Shown here: one piece after another, positions 9,651 through 18,764 of the stretch
Numbering within the stretch: position 1 is the first letter of the stretch
How the letters are laid out: each line of letters starts with the position of its first letter
Origin: a virus
Taxonomy: Duplodnaviria > Caudoviricetes
Strand: one strand, 5' to 3'
DNA: 64,000 bases
Virus record (IMG/VR): IMGVR_UViG_3300043567_000458
Translations under genes and position numbers: made by a program
Notes under the pieces: generated by a model
The model's database searches: none
The model's input: the letters and a program-made list of their open reading frames with translations, nothing else
What the model was told of the DNA's origin: nothing

Positions 9651-10280
9651 ATGCAATTCACAGCAGATCAAGTATGGGGTGCCGCGGTAGCTGCAGATCG
9701 TATCAACGGGGGCTATCTCAAAGAGCCTGTATACGCTCAAAACCTAGATGTGATCGAGAAGCAGGCCAACAAGCAGATGGTCAAAGATTGGCTCCGCAGC
9801 AACTCCTTCTCGCTGGTTACAGCTGCAGATATCGAGAGGGGTCGTGAGGTTCGCAACTACTTCAACGGCTTTCTACTCAAAGAGATCGCAGGCAAGATCA
9901 ACGACTTTGAACGTCAGGCCCTGAAGATCGCCCAAAAGGATGAGTTCACAGGTCGCGATATGTTTGATTTCGCTGTGGTCTCATGCTTGCCAGCTGCTAT
10001 GCTGCGCGATCAAGCCAAGAACCAACTCACAACTGAGATCAGGTTCAGCACCCAGCTTGTTGCTGCTGTTGGTGATCGCATCCAGGGAGACATCGAAGTG
10101 ATCAAATGCTACTGGAACCAGAACTATGGCAAGTGGCGTGTCACGGCCCGTATGGGTGAGAGCTTTGTGGACTTTTGGGCTTCTGAGGAGTTTAAGGGCA
10201 CAGTCAGCATCAAAGCCAAAGTCAAAGCCCAGCGTGGCGATAATACAACACAGTTGAATTATGTGAAAATCGTAGGTTGA
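9651..10280 (+). CDS. Hypothetical protein (possible C-terminal OB-fold)
   Basis: 209 aa; own promoter and AGGAGCGA RBS; beta-rich C-terminus ending TQLNYVKI. Confidence 0.8.
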   Translation: MQFTADQVWGAAVAADRINGGYLKEPVYAQNLDVIEKQANKQMVKDWLRSNSFSLVTAADIERGREVRNYFNGFLLKEIAGKINDFERQALKIAQKDEFTGRDMFDFAVVSCLPAAMLRDQAKNQLTTEIRFSTQLVAAVGDRIQGDIEVIKCYWNQNYGKWRVTARMGESFVDFWASEEFKGTVSIKAKVKAQRGDNTTQLNYVKIVG

Positions 10281-10356
10281 CAACTGAGCAGATTGGTGTT
10301 ATACTTATGATACTGAGAGATTAATTGTTTTAACCGTTTTTAACTAGCGAGGTCTT

Positions 10357-11442
10357 ATGTCAAAGCAAACTGATATTTCCGTCCGTCAAGTAGGCCCTAA
10401 GGGTGCTATGAAGGCGATCCGTAAGGCGATTCAAACTCGTCGTCCTACATTCCTGTGGGGCCCTCCCGGCATTGGCAAGAGTGATGTTGTCAAGCAGATC
10501 GGCGAGCAGGCAGGCCGTGAAGTGGTTGACGTTCGACTGGCCCTGTGGGAACCCACAGACATCAAGGGTATCCCCTACTACAATGCTGATCAGGGCAAGA
10601 TGGTCTGGGCTCCTCCCAGCGAACTGCCTACAGACCCAGAGAGCACCGCAATCATCTTCTTGGATGAGTTGAACTCCGCTCCCCCAGCCGTGCAAGCCGC
10701 GGCCTATCAGTTGATCCTGAACCGCCGTGTAGGCACATACAAATTGCCTGCAGGTGTTGACGTGGTTGCCGCCGGTAACCGTGAAGGTGACCGTGGTGTG
10801 ACATATCGTATGCCAGCTCCGTTGGCTAACCGTTTCGTCCACTTGGAGATGAAGGTAGACTTTGATGACTTCCAAGACTGGGCTACGCTCAACAAGGTGC
10901 ATCCAGAGGTCTTGGGTTATGTGGGTTTTGCCAAGCAAGACTTGTATGACTTTGATCCTAAGAGCCCTTCAAAGTCATTCGCAACTCCACGCTCTTGGGT
11001 GTTCGTCAGCGAACTCCTGCAGGACGATGACTGCGACAACGACACACTGGCCACCCTGATCGCTGGTGCGGTTGGTGATGGCTTGGCTACCAAGTTTATG
11101 GCTCACCGTAAGATTGCAGGACGCTTGCCTAAGGCAGAGGACATCCTCAGCGGTAAGGTCAAGGACCTGCAGATCAAAGAAGTGTCAGCCATGTATTCAT
11201 TGACCGTGTCTTTGTGCTATGAGTTGAAAGACCAAGCAGAGAAGAAGGCCAAGGGTTGGGATGGTATGGCAGACTGCTTCTTCCGCTACATGATGGACAA
11301 TTTCCCAACTGAGTTGGTTGTGATGGGTGCCAAGACTGCACTTACCAATTATGACTTGCCTTTGGATGCAACGAAGATGAAGAGCTTCGATGAGTTCCAC
11401 AAGCGTTTCGGTAAGTATGTTCTCAGTGCTATGGAGAATTAA
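10357..11442 (+). CDS. MoxR-like AAA+ ATPase
   Basis: WGPPGIGKS, IIFLDELN, AAGNR, PLANRF motifs; adjacent to a vWA protein. Confidence 0.88.
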   Translation: MSKQTDISVRQVGPKGAMKAIRKAIQTRRPTFLWGPPGIGKSDVVKQIGEQAGREVVDVRLALWEPTDIKGIPYYNADQGKMVWAPPSELPTDPESTAIIFLDELNSAPPAVQAAAYQLILNRRVGTYKLPAGVDVVAAGNREGDRGVTYRMPAPLANRFVHLEMKVDFDDFQDWATLNKVHPEVLGYVGFAKQDLYDFDPKSPSKSFATPRSWVFVSELLQDDDCDNDTLATLIAGAVGDGLATKFMAHRKIAGRLPKAEDILSGKVKDLQIKEVSAMYSLTVSLCYELKDQAEKKAKGWDGMADCFFRYMMDNFPTELVVMGAKTALTNYDLPLDATKMKSFDEFHKRFGKYVLSAMEN

Positions 11443-11459
11443 GACCTCGCCCATAGCAA

Positions 11460-11497
11460 GGGCGGGAGCTTCTCAGAGTTGCCCGCCCACCTTTTTT
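11460..11497 (+). terminator. Intrinsic terminator
   Basis: GGGCGGG...CCCGCCC stem followed by a T run. Confidence 0.65.
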
Positions 11498-11553
11498 GGT
11501 TGACAGGTGTGTAAATAGATGCTATAATATACACATACTAAGGAGAGCGACAC

Positions 11554-12759
11554 ATGGACCCAATCGTAGAGAAACTAACAACTGCACGAGTAGGACTGCT
11601 ACTCAAAGCGCCTTTCTTTGGCAACATGGCCACTCGTATGCGTTTGATCCAAAGCGACGACTGGTGCCCGACTGCGGCCACTAACGGTCGTGACTTTATG
11701 TATAACACAGAGTTCGTCAAGAAGCTCAGTGTTAAGAAACTAGAGTTCCTCTTTGCACATGAGATCTGTCATGCTATCTTTGATCACTTTGGTCGTTGCG
11801 GTAGCAGAGATCGTATGCTGGCGAACATCGCACAAGACTACGCTGTCAACCAGATCCTTGTAGACGAACGCATTGGTGAGAAGATCACTGAAGTTAAGAT
11901 CTGCTATGATCCAAAGTATCGCGGCATGGCTTGGGAAGAGATCTACGATCAATTGTATGAGCAGGCAGAGAAGATCCCTATGGATCAATTGCTCAAGCAA
12001 TTGGGCGATCTCTTAGACGAGCACATCAAAGAAGAAGAAGGTGCTGGTGCTGGCGGCGACAAGACCAAAGACGGCAAGGGCAAGCCTAGCCTTACCAAAG
12101 AAGAAGCAGAAAAGATCAAGCAAGAGGTCAAAGACGCAATGATCCAAAGTGCCGCGGCCGCAGGTGCAGGCAAGACTCCTGCAGGCATCATGCGTATGAT
12201 CAAGAACATGACTGAGCCTAAGATGGACTGGCGCCAGTTGGTGCAACAAGAGATCCAAAGCATCGTTCGCAACGACTACTCCTTTCAGCGTGTGAATCGC
12301 AAGAGTATGCACTCAGGTGCCATACTGCCGGGCATGAAAGAAGCAACTACTATCGACGTGGCAATCAGCATTGATATGTCAGGTTCAATTGGTGACGAAG
12401 ATGCAACTGCATTCCTCAGCGAGATCAAAGGCATCATGGATCAGTATGAGGACTTCCGCATTAACTTGTGGTGCTTTGACACAGACATCTACAACTGGAA
12501 GACCATCACACACGACGAAGGTCACGAGTTAGAAGAGTATGAACCACAGGGTGGCGGTGGCACAGACTTTGAAGTCAATTGGACATTCATGGAAGAGAAC
12601 GGTATCCAGCCCAAGAAGTTTATTATGTTCACAGACGGCTACCCATGCGGTGGTTGGGGTGACGAGGACTACTGCGATACAATCTTTATCGTCAAAGGCA
12701 ATACACAGGCCAACGCACCGTTTGGTCAGACTGTGATCTATGAGAAGGAGACTGCATGA
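11554..12759 (+). CDS. Metallopeptidase-like + vWA domain protein (DUF2201-type), MoxR partner
   Basis: HEICH (HExxH) in the N-terminal domain; MIDAS DMSGS, GGGGTDF and FTDG in the C-terminal vWA domain. Confidence 0.88.
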   Translation: MDPIVEKLTTARVGLLLKAPFFGNMATRMRLIQSDDWCPTAATNGRDFMYNTEFVKKLSVKKLEFLFAHEICHAIFDHFGRCGSRDRMLANIAQDYAVNQILVDERIGEKITEVKICYDPKYRGMAWEEIYDQLYEQAEKIPMDQLLKQLGDLLDEHIKEEEGAGAGGDKTKDGKGKPSLTKEEAEKIKQEVKDAMIQSAAAAGAGKTPAGIMRMIKNMTEPKMDWRQLVQQEIQSIVRNDYSFQRVNRKSMHSGAILPGMKEATTIDVAISIDMSGSIGDEDATAFLSEIKGIMDQYEDFRINLWCFDTDIYNWKTITHDEGHELEEYEPQGGGGTDFEVNWTFMEENGIQPKKFIMFTDGYPCGGWGDEDYCDTIFIVKGNTQANAPFGQTVIYEKETA

Positions 12760-12947
12760 GCCCTACCACACCTAGGTTCCCTAACGATCCTATGGACTAT
12801 GATCTACCACCACACTCAGACTGAAGTGCCAGGGGTTGTGGCACAAATGCCACAGGCCCCGCTGCTTACGTGTGCGTGTAATCTAGGTGTTGACATCTGG
12901 ATAGATTGGTGTTATAATATAGACATATTAACAAGGAAGGAGCGGTA

Positions 12948-13097
12948 ATGATAGAACTGATTTTAGCTTTCGTAGCAGGTATGATTGTAATGGACTTTAT
13001 GTATGCCTGGCGCATGGGCATTCCTCAGATGTTGTGGTATCGTTTCAAACATCGCAATGATCCTAAACCTAACTTTCGTGAATGGAGCGAAGACTAA
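12948..13097 (+). CDS. Small membrane peptide (49 aa; not in ORF track)
   Basis: Hand-translated MIELILAFVAGMIVMDFMYAW...; own promoter and AGGAGCGG RBS. Confidence 0.7.
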   Translation: MIELILAFVAGMIVMDFMYAWRMGIPQMLWYRFKHRNDPKPNFREWSED

Positions 13098-13222
13098 TGA
13101 AAATCATTTTGGCATTCATCGCTGGTATGTTCGTGGCCACAGTGGGAATCTCTGGTGTAGCATCTGCTGTAGATAAGGCCGTTGGTAAAACTCAAGAAGT
13201 AATGAAGGAGACTGTTAAATGA
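13097..13222 (+). CDS. Small membrane/secreted peptide (41 aa; not in ORF track)
   Basis: Hand-translated MKIILAFIAGMFVATVGISG...; GGAGCGAA RBS; TAATG coupling. Confidence 0.65.
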   Translation: MKIILAFIAGMFVATVGISGVASAVDKAVGKTQEVMKETVK

Positions 13223-13398
13223 GCGCAATGAGTAATCTGGATTACGATATCCAAGAACTATACATCGAAGGCCACAGTGCCAAGATGATCGCTGCTTTGT
13301 TAGAGTGCCCTGTAGAGCTAGTCTTAGGTGCACTTGAGACCATGGGGGTTAAGGATGTAGAGGACGAAGAGATCTATAGTCCCTACCAAGGAGCATGA
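13219..13398 (+). CDS. Small acidic protein (59 aa; not in ORF track)
   Basis: Hand-translated MSAMSNLDYDIQELYIEGHSAKMIAALLECPVELV...; ATGA overlaps at both ends. Confidence 0.6.
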   Translation: MSAMSNLDYDIQELYIEGHSAKMIAALLECPVELVLGALETMGVKDVEDEEIYSPYQGA

Positions 13399-13721
13399 GT
13401 AGATTAGAATACCTAGCAAGGCCCTTGGTGGCCTTTGATCCTTACAACAAAGATCACAGACGATACTACGCAGAGTTCCTAGAAAGTGGCGGTTGGGGTT
13501 CATGCCCTGTGCGTTTTATCTGCCCCGAGGACTCGGGCAGTGACCTTACTGTTATGATCAAGAACAGCTTGATCTACTTTTACATTGAACGTGAGTTTGG
13601 TGGTGGGAAGCTGGCTAAAGCACGATCAGCTGACCTCAAGGAGCAGGCAGACCGCAGGTACAAGGAAGCGGGACAACTGCGCAAAGAGGCACAGGCTCTG
13701 ATGAAACCCAGGCGCGGATAG
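13395..13721 (+). CDS. Hypothetical protein
   Basis: 108 aa; AAGGAG RBS. Confidence 0.75.
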   Translation: MSRLEYLARPLVAFDPYNKDHRRYYAEFLESGGWGSCPVRFICPEDSGSDLTVMIKNSLIYFYIEREFGGGKLAKARSADLKEQADRRYKEAGQLRKEAQALMKPRRG

Positions 13722-13772
13722 GGTCTTTCCCAAGTGGTTGACAATGTGGTGAAACCTTGCTATAATACAAGC

Positions 13773-14222
13773 ATGAACACACAATACAACACCACATACG
13801 AATTTGACTTCACAGGCAAAATCCAATTTGGAGATATGCCTGTGGAGCAACTGCACACTCTGTTTCAAGACGGTCGTGTGGCCAGCAAGTTCTTGGAGCA
13901 CACGATTCCTACGTGGTTCCCGGACTTGGAGTTCGTGGACGCCAAGGGCTATGATCACGTGAGTAAGACCACTGGACGCAAGTTTGATCTCAAAGGCTTT
14001 ACCAAAGGTGGAGCCAGCTATGCCCCTAGCACCATGTTAGGGGCGGGTCGTAAGATCGACACAGTGGTGTTACACGAGCACGCCGAGAGCATCGACTACA
14101 TCATCAGCGATGTTACAGAGTTCCCCAAGGTTCGAGTAGTGTTCAAACAGGGCACTGATCTAGTGCGTGATTATCCCAGCGGCAAGATTCCGCTCAAAGC
14201 CCGCAAAACACTTTTTGGTTGA
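13773..14222 (+). CDS. Putative PD-(D/E)xK restriction-endonuclease-fold protein
   Basis: E..., GYD-H-V...KFDLK pattern; ATG 6 nt after TATAAT. Confidence 0.5.
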   Translation: MNTQYNTTYEFDFTGKIQFGDMPVEQLHTLFQDGRVASKFLEHTIPTWFPDLEFVDAKGYDHVSKTTGRKFDLKGFTKGGASYAPSTMLGAGRKIDTVVLHEHAESIDYIISDVTEFPKVRVVFKQGTDLVRDYPSGKIPLKARKTLFG

Positions 14223-14276
14223 CAGATTGGATCATCGGTGTTATACTATAGGTATAGTGAATAACAAGGAGCGAAG

Positions 14277-14543
14277 ATGTATATTAAACTAGAATCTGAC
14301 ACAGAACAAGAGCGTATCATAAAGATCCTCAAGGGATGGCAGTTCGATCGCAAGCAACACGGTTGCCTGTTTGATCGTGGCAGTGCTGATTCCTACTACG
14401 GTCGATCACGTGATCCACACTACGGCGGTGTGGGAGGCGACTCAGGTCTGCGTGTTGATCAGTTGTCTGAGGAAGAAGTAGCAGAGTATCAAAGAGGCTA
14501 CACCCACAACGAACTCTACGGTGACAAGAAAGACTACCGATGA
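14277..14543 (+). CDS. Hypothetical early protein
   Basis: Own promoter and AGGAGCGAA RBS. Confidence 0.8.
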   Translation: MYIKLESDTEQERIIKILKGWQFDRKQHGCLFDRGSADSYYGRSRDPHYGGVGGDSGLRVDQLSEEEVAEYQRGYTHNELYGDKKDYR

Positions 14544-14770
14544 AGAAGTTCACATTTTGGCGCAATGCCATCATATCGGAAATCTACGTGGTCGACGCAG
14601 CAACTGAAGAAGAAGCTCGGGAGATGCTCCAGGCAGGGGAAGTGGAAGTGTTCTCAGAAGAGTGGATGGATTGGGCAACAGACGATTTCGAGCTTGAGCA
14701 CGTGGAGATCATAGACCCTTTGTACCGTATGGTTAAAGACTACGAATCGGTTGACAAATTGAGCAACTGA
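14540..14770 (+). CDS. Hypothetical acidic protein
   Basis: ATGA coupling. Confidence 0.7.
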   Translation: MKKFTFWRNAIISEIYVVDAATEEEAREMLQAGEVEVFSEEWMDWATDDFELEHVEIIDPLYRMVKDYESVDKLSN

Positions 14771-14804
14771 TAGTATAATATACACATACTAAGGAGAGCG
14801 AGTA

Positions 14805-15014
14805 ATGGGTTATAAGACATTTGAATTCGATACAATGCGTGACAAGTATGGTCCACGCCCAGGGTTAGAAGGCCCATTCAACTTCCTTGGTAGGGTTTTG
14901 TATTACGATCCCAAAGAGGGCAAGTATTGGGATCCACGCACAGACTTCTATGTTGAGCAGAGTGAGATGGACACACTCAACCGGAACCTGATGAATCTTT
15001 TAACAACATCTTAA
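14805..15014 (+). CDS. Hypothetical early protein
   Basis: Own promoter and AGGAGAGCGA RBS; LYYDPKEGKYWDP motif. Confidence 0.8.
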   Translation: MGYKTFEFDTMRDKYGPRPGLEGPFNFLGRVLYYDPKEGKYWDPRTDFYVEQSEMDTLNRNLMNLLTTS

Positions 15015-15023
15015 GGAGCGAAC

Positions 15024-15641
15024 ATGCCTAATTGGTGCAACAACAACCTAACACTGGAACACGAAGACCCAGCAATGATCAAGCGTGCCGCAGATGCACT
15101 GTTGCGTGGAGAGTTCTTGAATGAGTTCATTCCAGTGCCAACGGATCTGCAGATCGTTGCAGGACGATTGGGTGACGGTGACGAGCAGAGAGAACTAGAA
15201 CGCAAGACCGCTGAGAATCTAGAGAAATACGGTTATGGCAACTGGTATGACTTCTGTGTAGGCGAGTGGGGAACCAAATGGGATGTAGGCTGTGAAGGAA
15301 GCACTGATGTGCATCCAGATGGCAAGATGCTACACACCTACTTTGATTCAGCCTGGGCTCCTCCTGTGAATGCCTATGTGAAGTTAGAAGAGTTGGGCTT
15401 CAAGGTCAACGCTATGTATTACGAATCAGGTATGGCTTTTGCTGGTGCCTACGGTGATGGCAATGATGAAGAGATCAGCCTCGAAGGCATGAGTGCCGAT
15501 GATATCGAACAGCACTATCCAGAGATCAACGAAGCATTTGGCATTGCAGAAAGCATCCGGGAATACGAGGCTGAGAATGAAGAAGAGCTCACTGCTTGGA
15601 TCAAGGATGGTGCCGAGAAGAAGGCGCTGATCGCAGAATGA
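15024..15641 (+). CDS. DUF1281/YubB-like ferredoxin-fold protein
   Basis: MPNWC start, WGTKWD and FDSAWAPP motifs; AGGAGCGAA RBS. Confidence 0.7.
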   Translation: MPNWCNNNLTLEHEDPAMIKRAADALLRGEFLNEFIPVPTDLQIVAGRLGDGDEQRELERKTAENLEKYGYGNWYDFCVGEWGTKWDVGCEGSTDVHPDGKMLHTYFDSAWAPPVNAYVKLEELGFKVNAMYYESGMAFAGAYGDGNDEEISLEGMSADDIEQHYPEINEAFGIAESIREYEAENEEELTAWIKDGAEKKALIAE

Positions 15642-15931
15642 AAGTAATCAAACTTGATCGACGCTATAGTGGCTACGGTGTTTGGACACACAGAACCAAT
15701 AGCGGTCATTGGTACGGTGAAGAAGCTCGTGCCCAAGGACTCATGGCCTTCTACGAAATGCGATGCTACATGACGCAGATGAATGGCCCAGGCTGTTTCA
15801 TTCACGAAGCGTGGGCTATCAAGAAGGCGGGTCGGGCAGTGCCGGAATGGGCCTGGGACACAGACGGCAATGTGTTCTTTCGTGACTCGGCCCTGGTTAA
15901 CTTTACCTTGGCAAAGGATAGATGGTTATGA
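15638..15931 (+). CDS. Hypothetical protein
   Basis: ATGA-coupled start MKVIKLDRR. Confidence 0.7.
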   Translation: MKVIKLDRRYSGYGVWTHRTNSGHWYGEEARAQGLMAFYEMRCYMTQMNGPGCFIHEAWAIKKAGRAVPEWAWDTDGNVFFRDSALVNFTLAKDRWL

Positions 15932-16104
15932 GAGAATATCAATTTGTTTTCAACGTGGTTTGTGCTGGGAACGGCACACCCGATATGGCTAGAGTCGAAG
16001 AAATGATCGACCTTAGCATGCAGGATCTGGTCTTTGACGATGAGTTCATCACCGCCCTTGACGAGAAAGAGAGTGTCACTATTCAGGTTAATTTGGTAAA
16101 ATGA
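15922..16104 (+). CDS. Hypothetical protein
   Basis: 60 aa; overlaps the upstream gene end. Confidence 0.6.
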   Translation: MVMREYQFVFNVVCAGNGTPDMARVEEMIDLSMQDLVFDDEFITALDEKESVTIQVNLVK

Positions 16105-16192
16105 ATGGTTGACTGTTTGAATTTGGTATGCTATACTAATAACATGCTGAATGATTGGCATATTTTTAACACACACAGAAAGAGGTAACATC

Positions 16193-16504
16193 ATGGCAAC
16201 AGATAAAAAGTTTGCAGTAGCAGGCGTTTCAACATACGAAGGCAAGACCAAGGTTCGTTTCGCCAACGACACCATGCGTGTCAAGATCCTGGCCAAGAAC
16301 GGTCACACAGACGTGCAGCTCGTGGATCTTCCACATGAGATGACCAAAGCGGAGATCGGTGCGCACATGGTGAGCACAGGCTTTGGCAAGGGCAACGCAG
16401 CTATCGAAGCTGCTGTAGCCTACGTAGTCAAGAAGAACCCTTCGGCCACAGCTGCCAAGGTAACTACAACTACTGTCGCGAAGGCAGAAGCTGTTGCTGA
16501 ATAA
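16193..16504 (+). CDS. Hypothetical protein, probably highly expressed
   Basis: Own promoter, GAGG RBS, downstream hairpin and terminator. Confidence 0.8.
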   Translation: MATDKKFAVAGVSTYEGKTKVRFANDTMRVKILAKNGHTDVQLVDLPHEMTKAEIGAHMVSTGFGKGNAAIEAAVAYVVKKNPSATAAKVTTTTVAKAEAVAE

Positions 16505-16537
16505 CCCGATTCGCTCTCGGTAATCAGCAACCTTGAT

Positions 16538-16568
16538 AGACCCTAGTAACCCTAGGGTCTTTTTTTTT
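16538..16568 (+). terminator. Intrinsic terminator
   Basis: AGACCCTAG/CTAGGGTCT stem followed by a T run. Confidence 0.85.
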
Positions 16569-16623
16569 GGCTTGACATTTTGGACAACTTGTGCTATAAT
16601 ACATTTTTAACAGAAAGTAAAAG

Positions 16624-16770
16624 ATGACAAGCAAACAAGCTAAACAAAAAATCGACAGCTTAATGTTGCAACTGCAAGACATGCTAGAACAAGTAGGACT
16701 AGACGAACACGAGCGCATACAAAATGCTTTTAATGCACTTGCAATAGAACTAGACGACGTTGTCTATTAA
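16624..16770 (+). CDS. Small helical protein (48 aa; not in ORF track)
   Basis: Hand-translated MTSKQAKQKIDSLMLQLQDMLEQ...; own promoter at 16572. Confidence 0.6.
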   Translation: MTSKQAKQKIDSLMLQLQDMLEQVGLDEHERIQNAFNALAIELDDVVY

Positions 16771-16867
16771 ACGCAAAGACCCTACACCTTGTAGGGTTTC
16801 TTCTTGACCCCACAGGCCCCGTTGCTAGACGGTTGACTTTTGATCCAAAATCCAGTATAATATAAAT

Positions 16868-17257
16868 ATGGACATGACAGAACTAATCATCGCAGCAGCT
16901 GTGGGGATCTTCATAGGATGGAGAGCATCAAGACAGGTGCATCTCGATGGATTCCGGCAACTGTTGCGAGCCTTGAAGGTCTCTGAACAGGACCTACTCC
17001 GAGCCATGATCAAGATCCAATCACCAGGATGGCAGCCGGAAGATGTCGAGGAAGCCAAGGACTTGACCGTGGTAGAAATCACCCTAGAGCAACAGGGCAA
17101 TCAGATCTTCGCTTACCGCAAGGATGATTCCACGTTCCTTGGACAGGGAAATGACAAGGCCACGTTGATAGATGCCATTGCCCACAGGATGAAGGATGTG
17201 AGGTTGGTGATCTCCGAAGAGGACGGCGCTGATCTGTTGCAGAAAAACAACACCTAA
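16868..17257 (+). CDS. Membrane-anchored hypothetical protein
   Basis: N-terminal TM helix; both a sigma70 promoter and TATAAATA (16861-16868) upstream; true start may be 16874. Confidence 0.75.
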   Translation: MDMTELIIAAAVGIFIGWRASRQVHLDGFRQLLRALKVSEQDLLRAMIKIQSPGWQPEDVEEAKDLTVVEITLEQQGNQIFAYRKDDSTFLGQGNDKATLIDAIAHRMKDVRLVISEEDGADLLQKNNT

Positions 17258-17297
17258 TTTGGTTGACAATCTGGCTGTTCAGTGTTATAATACACAC

Positions 17298-17528
17298 ATG
17301 AACAGAACAAATGACATCTTACAGTGGACCGGAGCAGCGGCCATTATCGCCATGCATGTGCTCAACGCTATGGGTCCAGAAGCATATCCCTGGAACATCA
17401 TCGCAGCATTCATAGGCACAGTGGCATTCCTTGCATGGACCGTGCGTGTGCGTAACCTACCTCAGTTCACAGTCAACGTGGTAGCACTGCTGATAGGCTT
17501 TGTGGGACTATACAAGGCATTTGGATAA
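17298..17528 (+). CDS. Small multi-pass membrane protein
   Basis: Three hydrophobic helices; ATG 6 nt after TATAAT. Confidence 0.75.
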   Translation: MNRTNDILQWTGAAAIIAMHVLNAMGPEAYPWNIIAAFIGTVAFLAWTVRVRNLPQFTVNVVALLIGFVGLYKAFG

Positions 17529-17544
17529 CAACAAGGAGCAGATC

Positions 17545-17799
17545 ATGAACAAATTCTTGGCATTCACTGTGCTGACCGCAGACGAACAAGCAATGATACA
17601 ACAATATCGCAGTCCTGTCAACGAACTCAGCGTGGTCAAACAGGTTCCCATAGACCAAGCTGAATACTTCAGGGCCTTGGTCAAACGAGCCAGTCCCGGG
17701 CAGCGTGTTCGTGTGCGCTATCGTGGACCTAGATACGATCACATGCGCCAGACCACACTTCGCAGCAACGCGGTTCACGTTTCTATCTATGCGGACTAA
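17545..17799 (+). CDS. Hypothetical protein
   Basis: AAGGAG RBS; RVRVRYRGPR motif. Confidence 0.7.
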   Translation: MNKFLAFTVLTADEQAMIQQYRSPVNELSVVKQVPIDQAEYFRALVKRASPGQRVRVRYRGPRYDHMRQTTLRSNAVHVSIYAD

Positions 17800-17816
17800 C
17801 CCCACGTAAATATCAC

Positions 17817-18764
17817 ATGCAGACCAACATCATTCACCTACAAGACTGCGTGGCAGGCATGCTGTCCCTTCCCGCAGCCAGTGTGGACATGGTCACAACT
17901 TCCCCGCCCTACAACTTGGGAATCGACTACAGCACCTATCAGGACAACAAACCCAGACAGGAATATCTAGAATGGTTGGACGGGGTTTTTGTTGCCGTCA
18001 AGCACTGCCTCAAAGACACAGGCCACTTTTGGTTGAACATGGGCTACAGCAACATCGATCCCTGGGTGGGCATGGATGTGGGCATGATCGCTCGCAGACA
18101 TTTCGTCCTGCAGAACAATTTTACATGGGTCAAGAGCATCGCAGTCAATGACGTGACTTCTGGGCATTTCAAACCCATCAACAGCACACGATTCGCTAAT
18201 CCCACGTGGGAACATCTGTTTCACTTCACCAAAACCGGCGCTGTGGTCTGTGACAAGTTGGCGGTTGGAGTGCCTTACATGTGGGACTGCAACATTGACA
18301 ACTCCGGCCGCGTTCGTGGGCGTTTGGCCAAGAAGATGGGATTCACAGACATCAAAGACTTCAATCGTCGAGCCACTGCTGCTGAACAGGCCAAACTTGC
18401 AGCTGATCTAGCACAGAAGATGGCTAGTCAGAAACCACGTCCAGCAGTTCGATGCCGGGGCAACAGCTGGTATGTGCCCTATGATACCATAGCCAATCGA
18501 GAGCTGCACAGGGGCAGTCATCCCGCCACGTTCCCCGTGGCCCTAATCGAACAGTGCATACGGTTCAGCGGAGTCAAGTCGGGAGTGTTGGTGGATCCAT
18601 TCATGGGATCAGGAACCAGTGCTGTGGCCGCGCAGCGTCAGGGCTTGGACTACATTGGATTTGACATTGATGCAGACTACATCCAGTTTGCCCAAGATAG
18701 AATCCGTGATCAGGCCCAGGGATCTGCGCCATTGAATCCCCTGTTTTTCGAAGCTACGGAATAA
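17817..18764 (+). CDS. DNA methyltransferase, amino-MTase beta class (N4-C/N6-A)
   Basis: Motif IV TSPPY N-terminal, HPATFP, motif I DPFMGSGTS C-terminal; TAAATA 4 nt before the ATG. Confidence 0.9.
   Translation: MQTNIIHLQDCVAGMLSLPAASVDMVTTSPPYNLGIDYSTYQDNKPRQEYLEWLDGVFVAVKHCLKDTGHFWLNMGYSNIDPWVGMDVGMIARRHFVLQNNFTWVKSIAVNDVTSGHFKPINSTRFANPTWEHLFHFTKTGAVVCDKLAVGVPYMWDCNIDNSGRVRGRLAKKMGFTDIKDFNRRATAAEQAKLAADLAQKMASQKPRPAVRCRGNSWYVPYDTIANRELHRGSHPATFPVALIEQCIRFSGVKSGVLVDPFMGSGTSAVAAQRQGLDYIGFDIDADYIQFAQDRIRDQAQGSAPLNPLFFEATE

Noticed and set aside
12756-12824. 22-codon ORF after the vWA gene
   Set aside because: Too short, with no supporting motif; cannot be distinguished from chance.
14100-14150. 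GGTTCGA T-loop-like motif
   Set aside because: It lies within a CDS and has no flanking stems.
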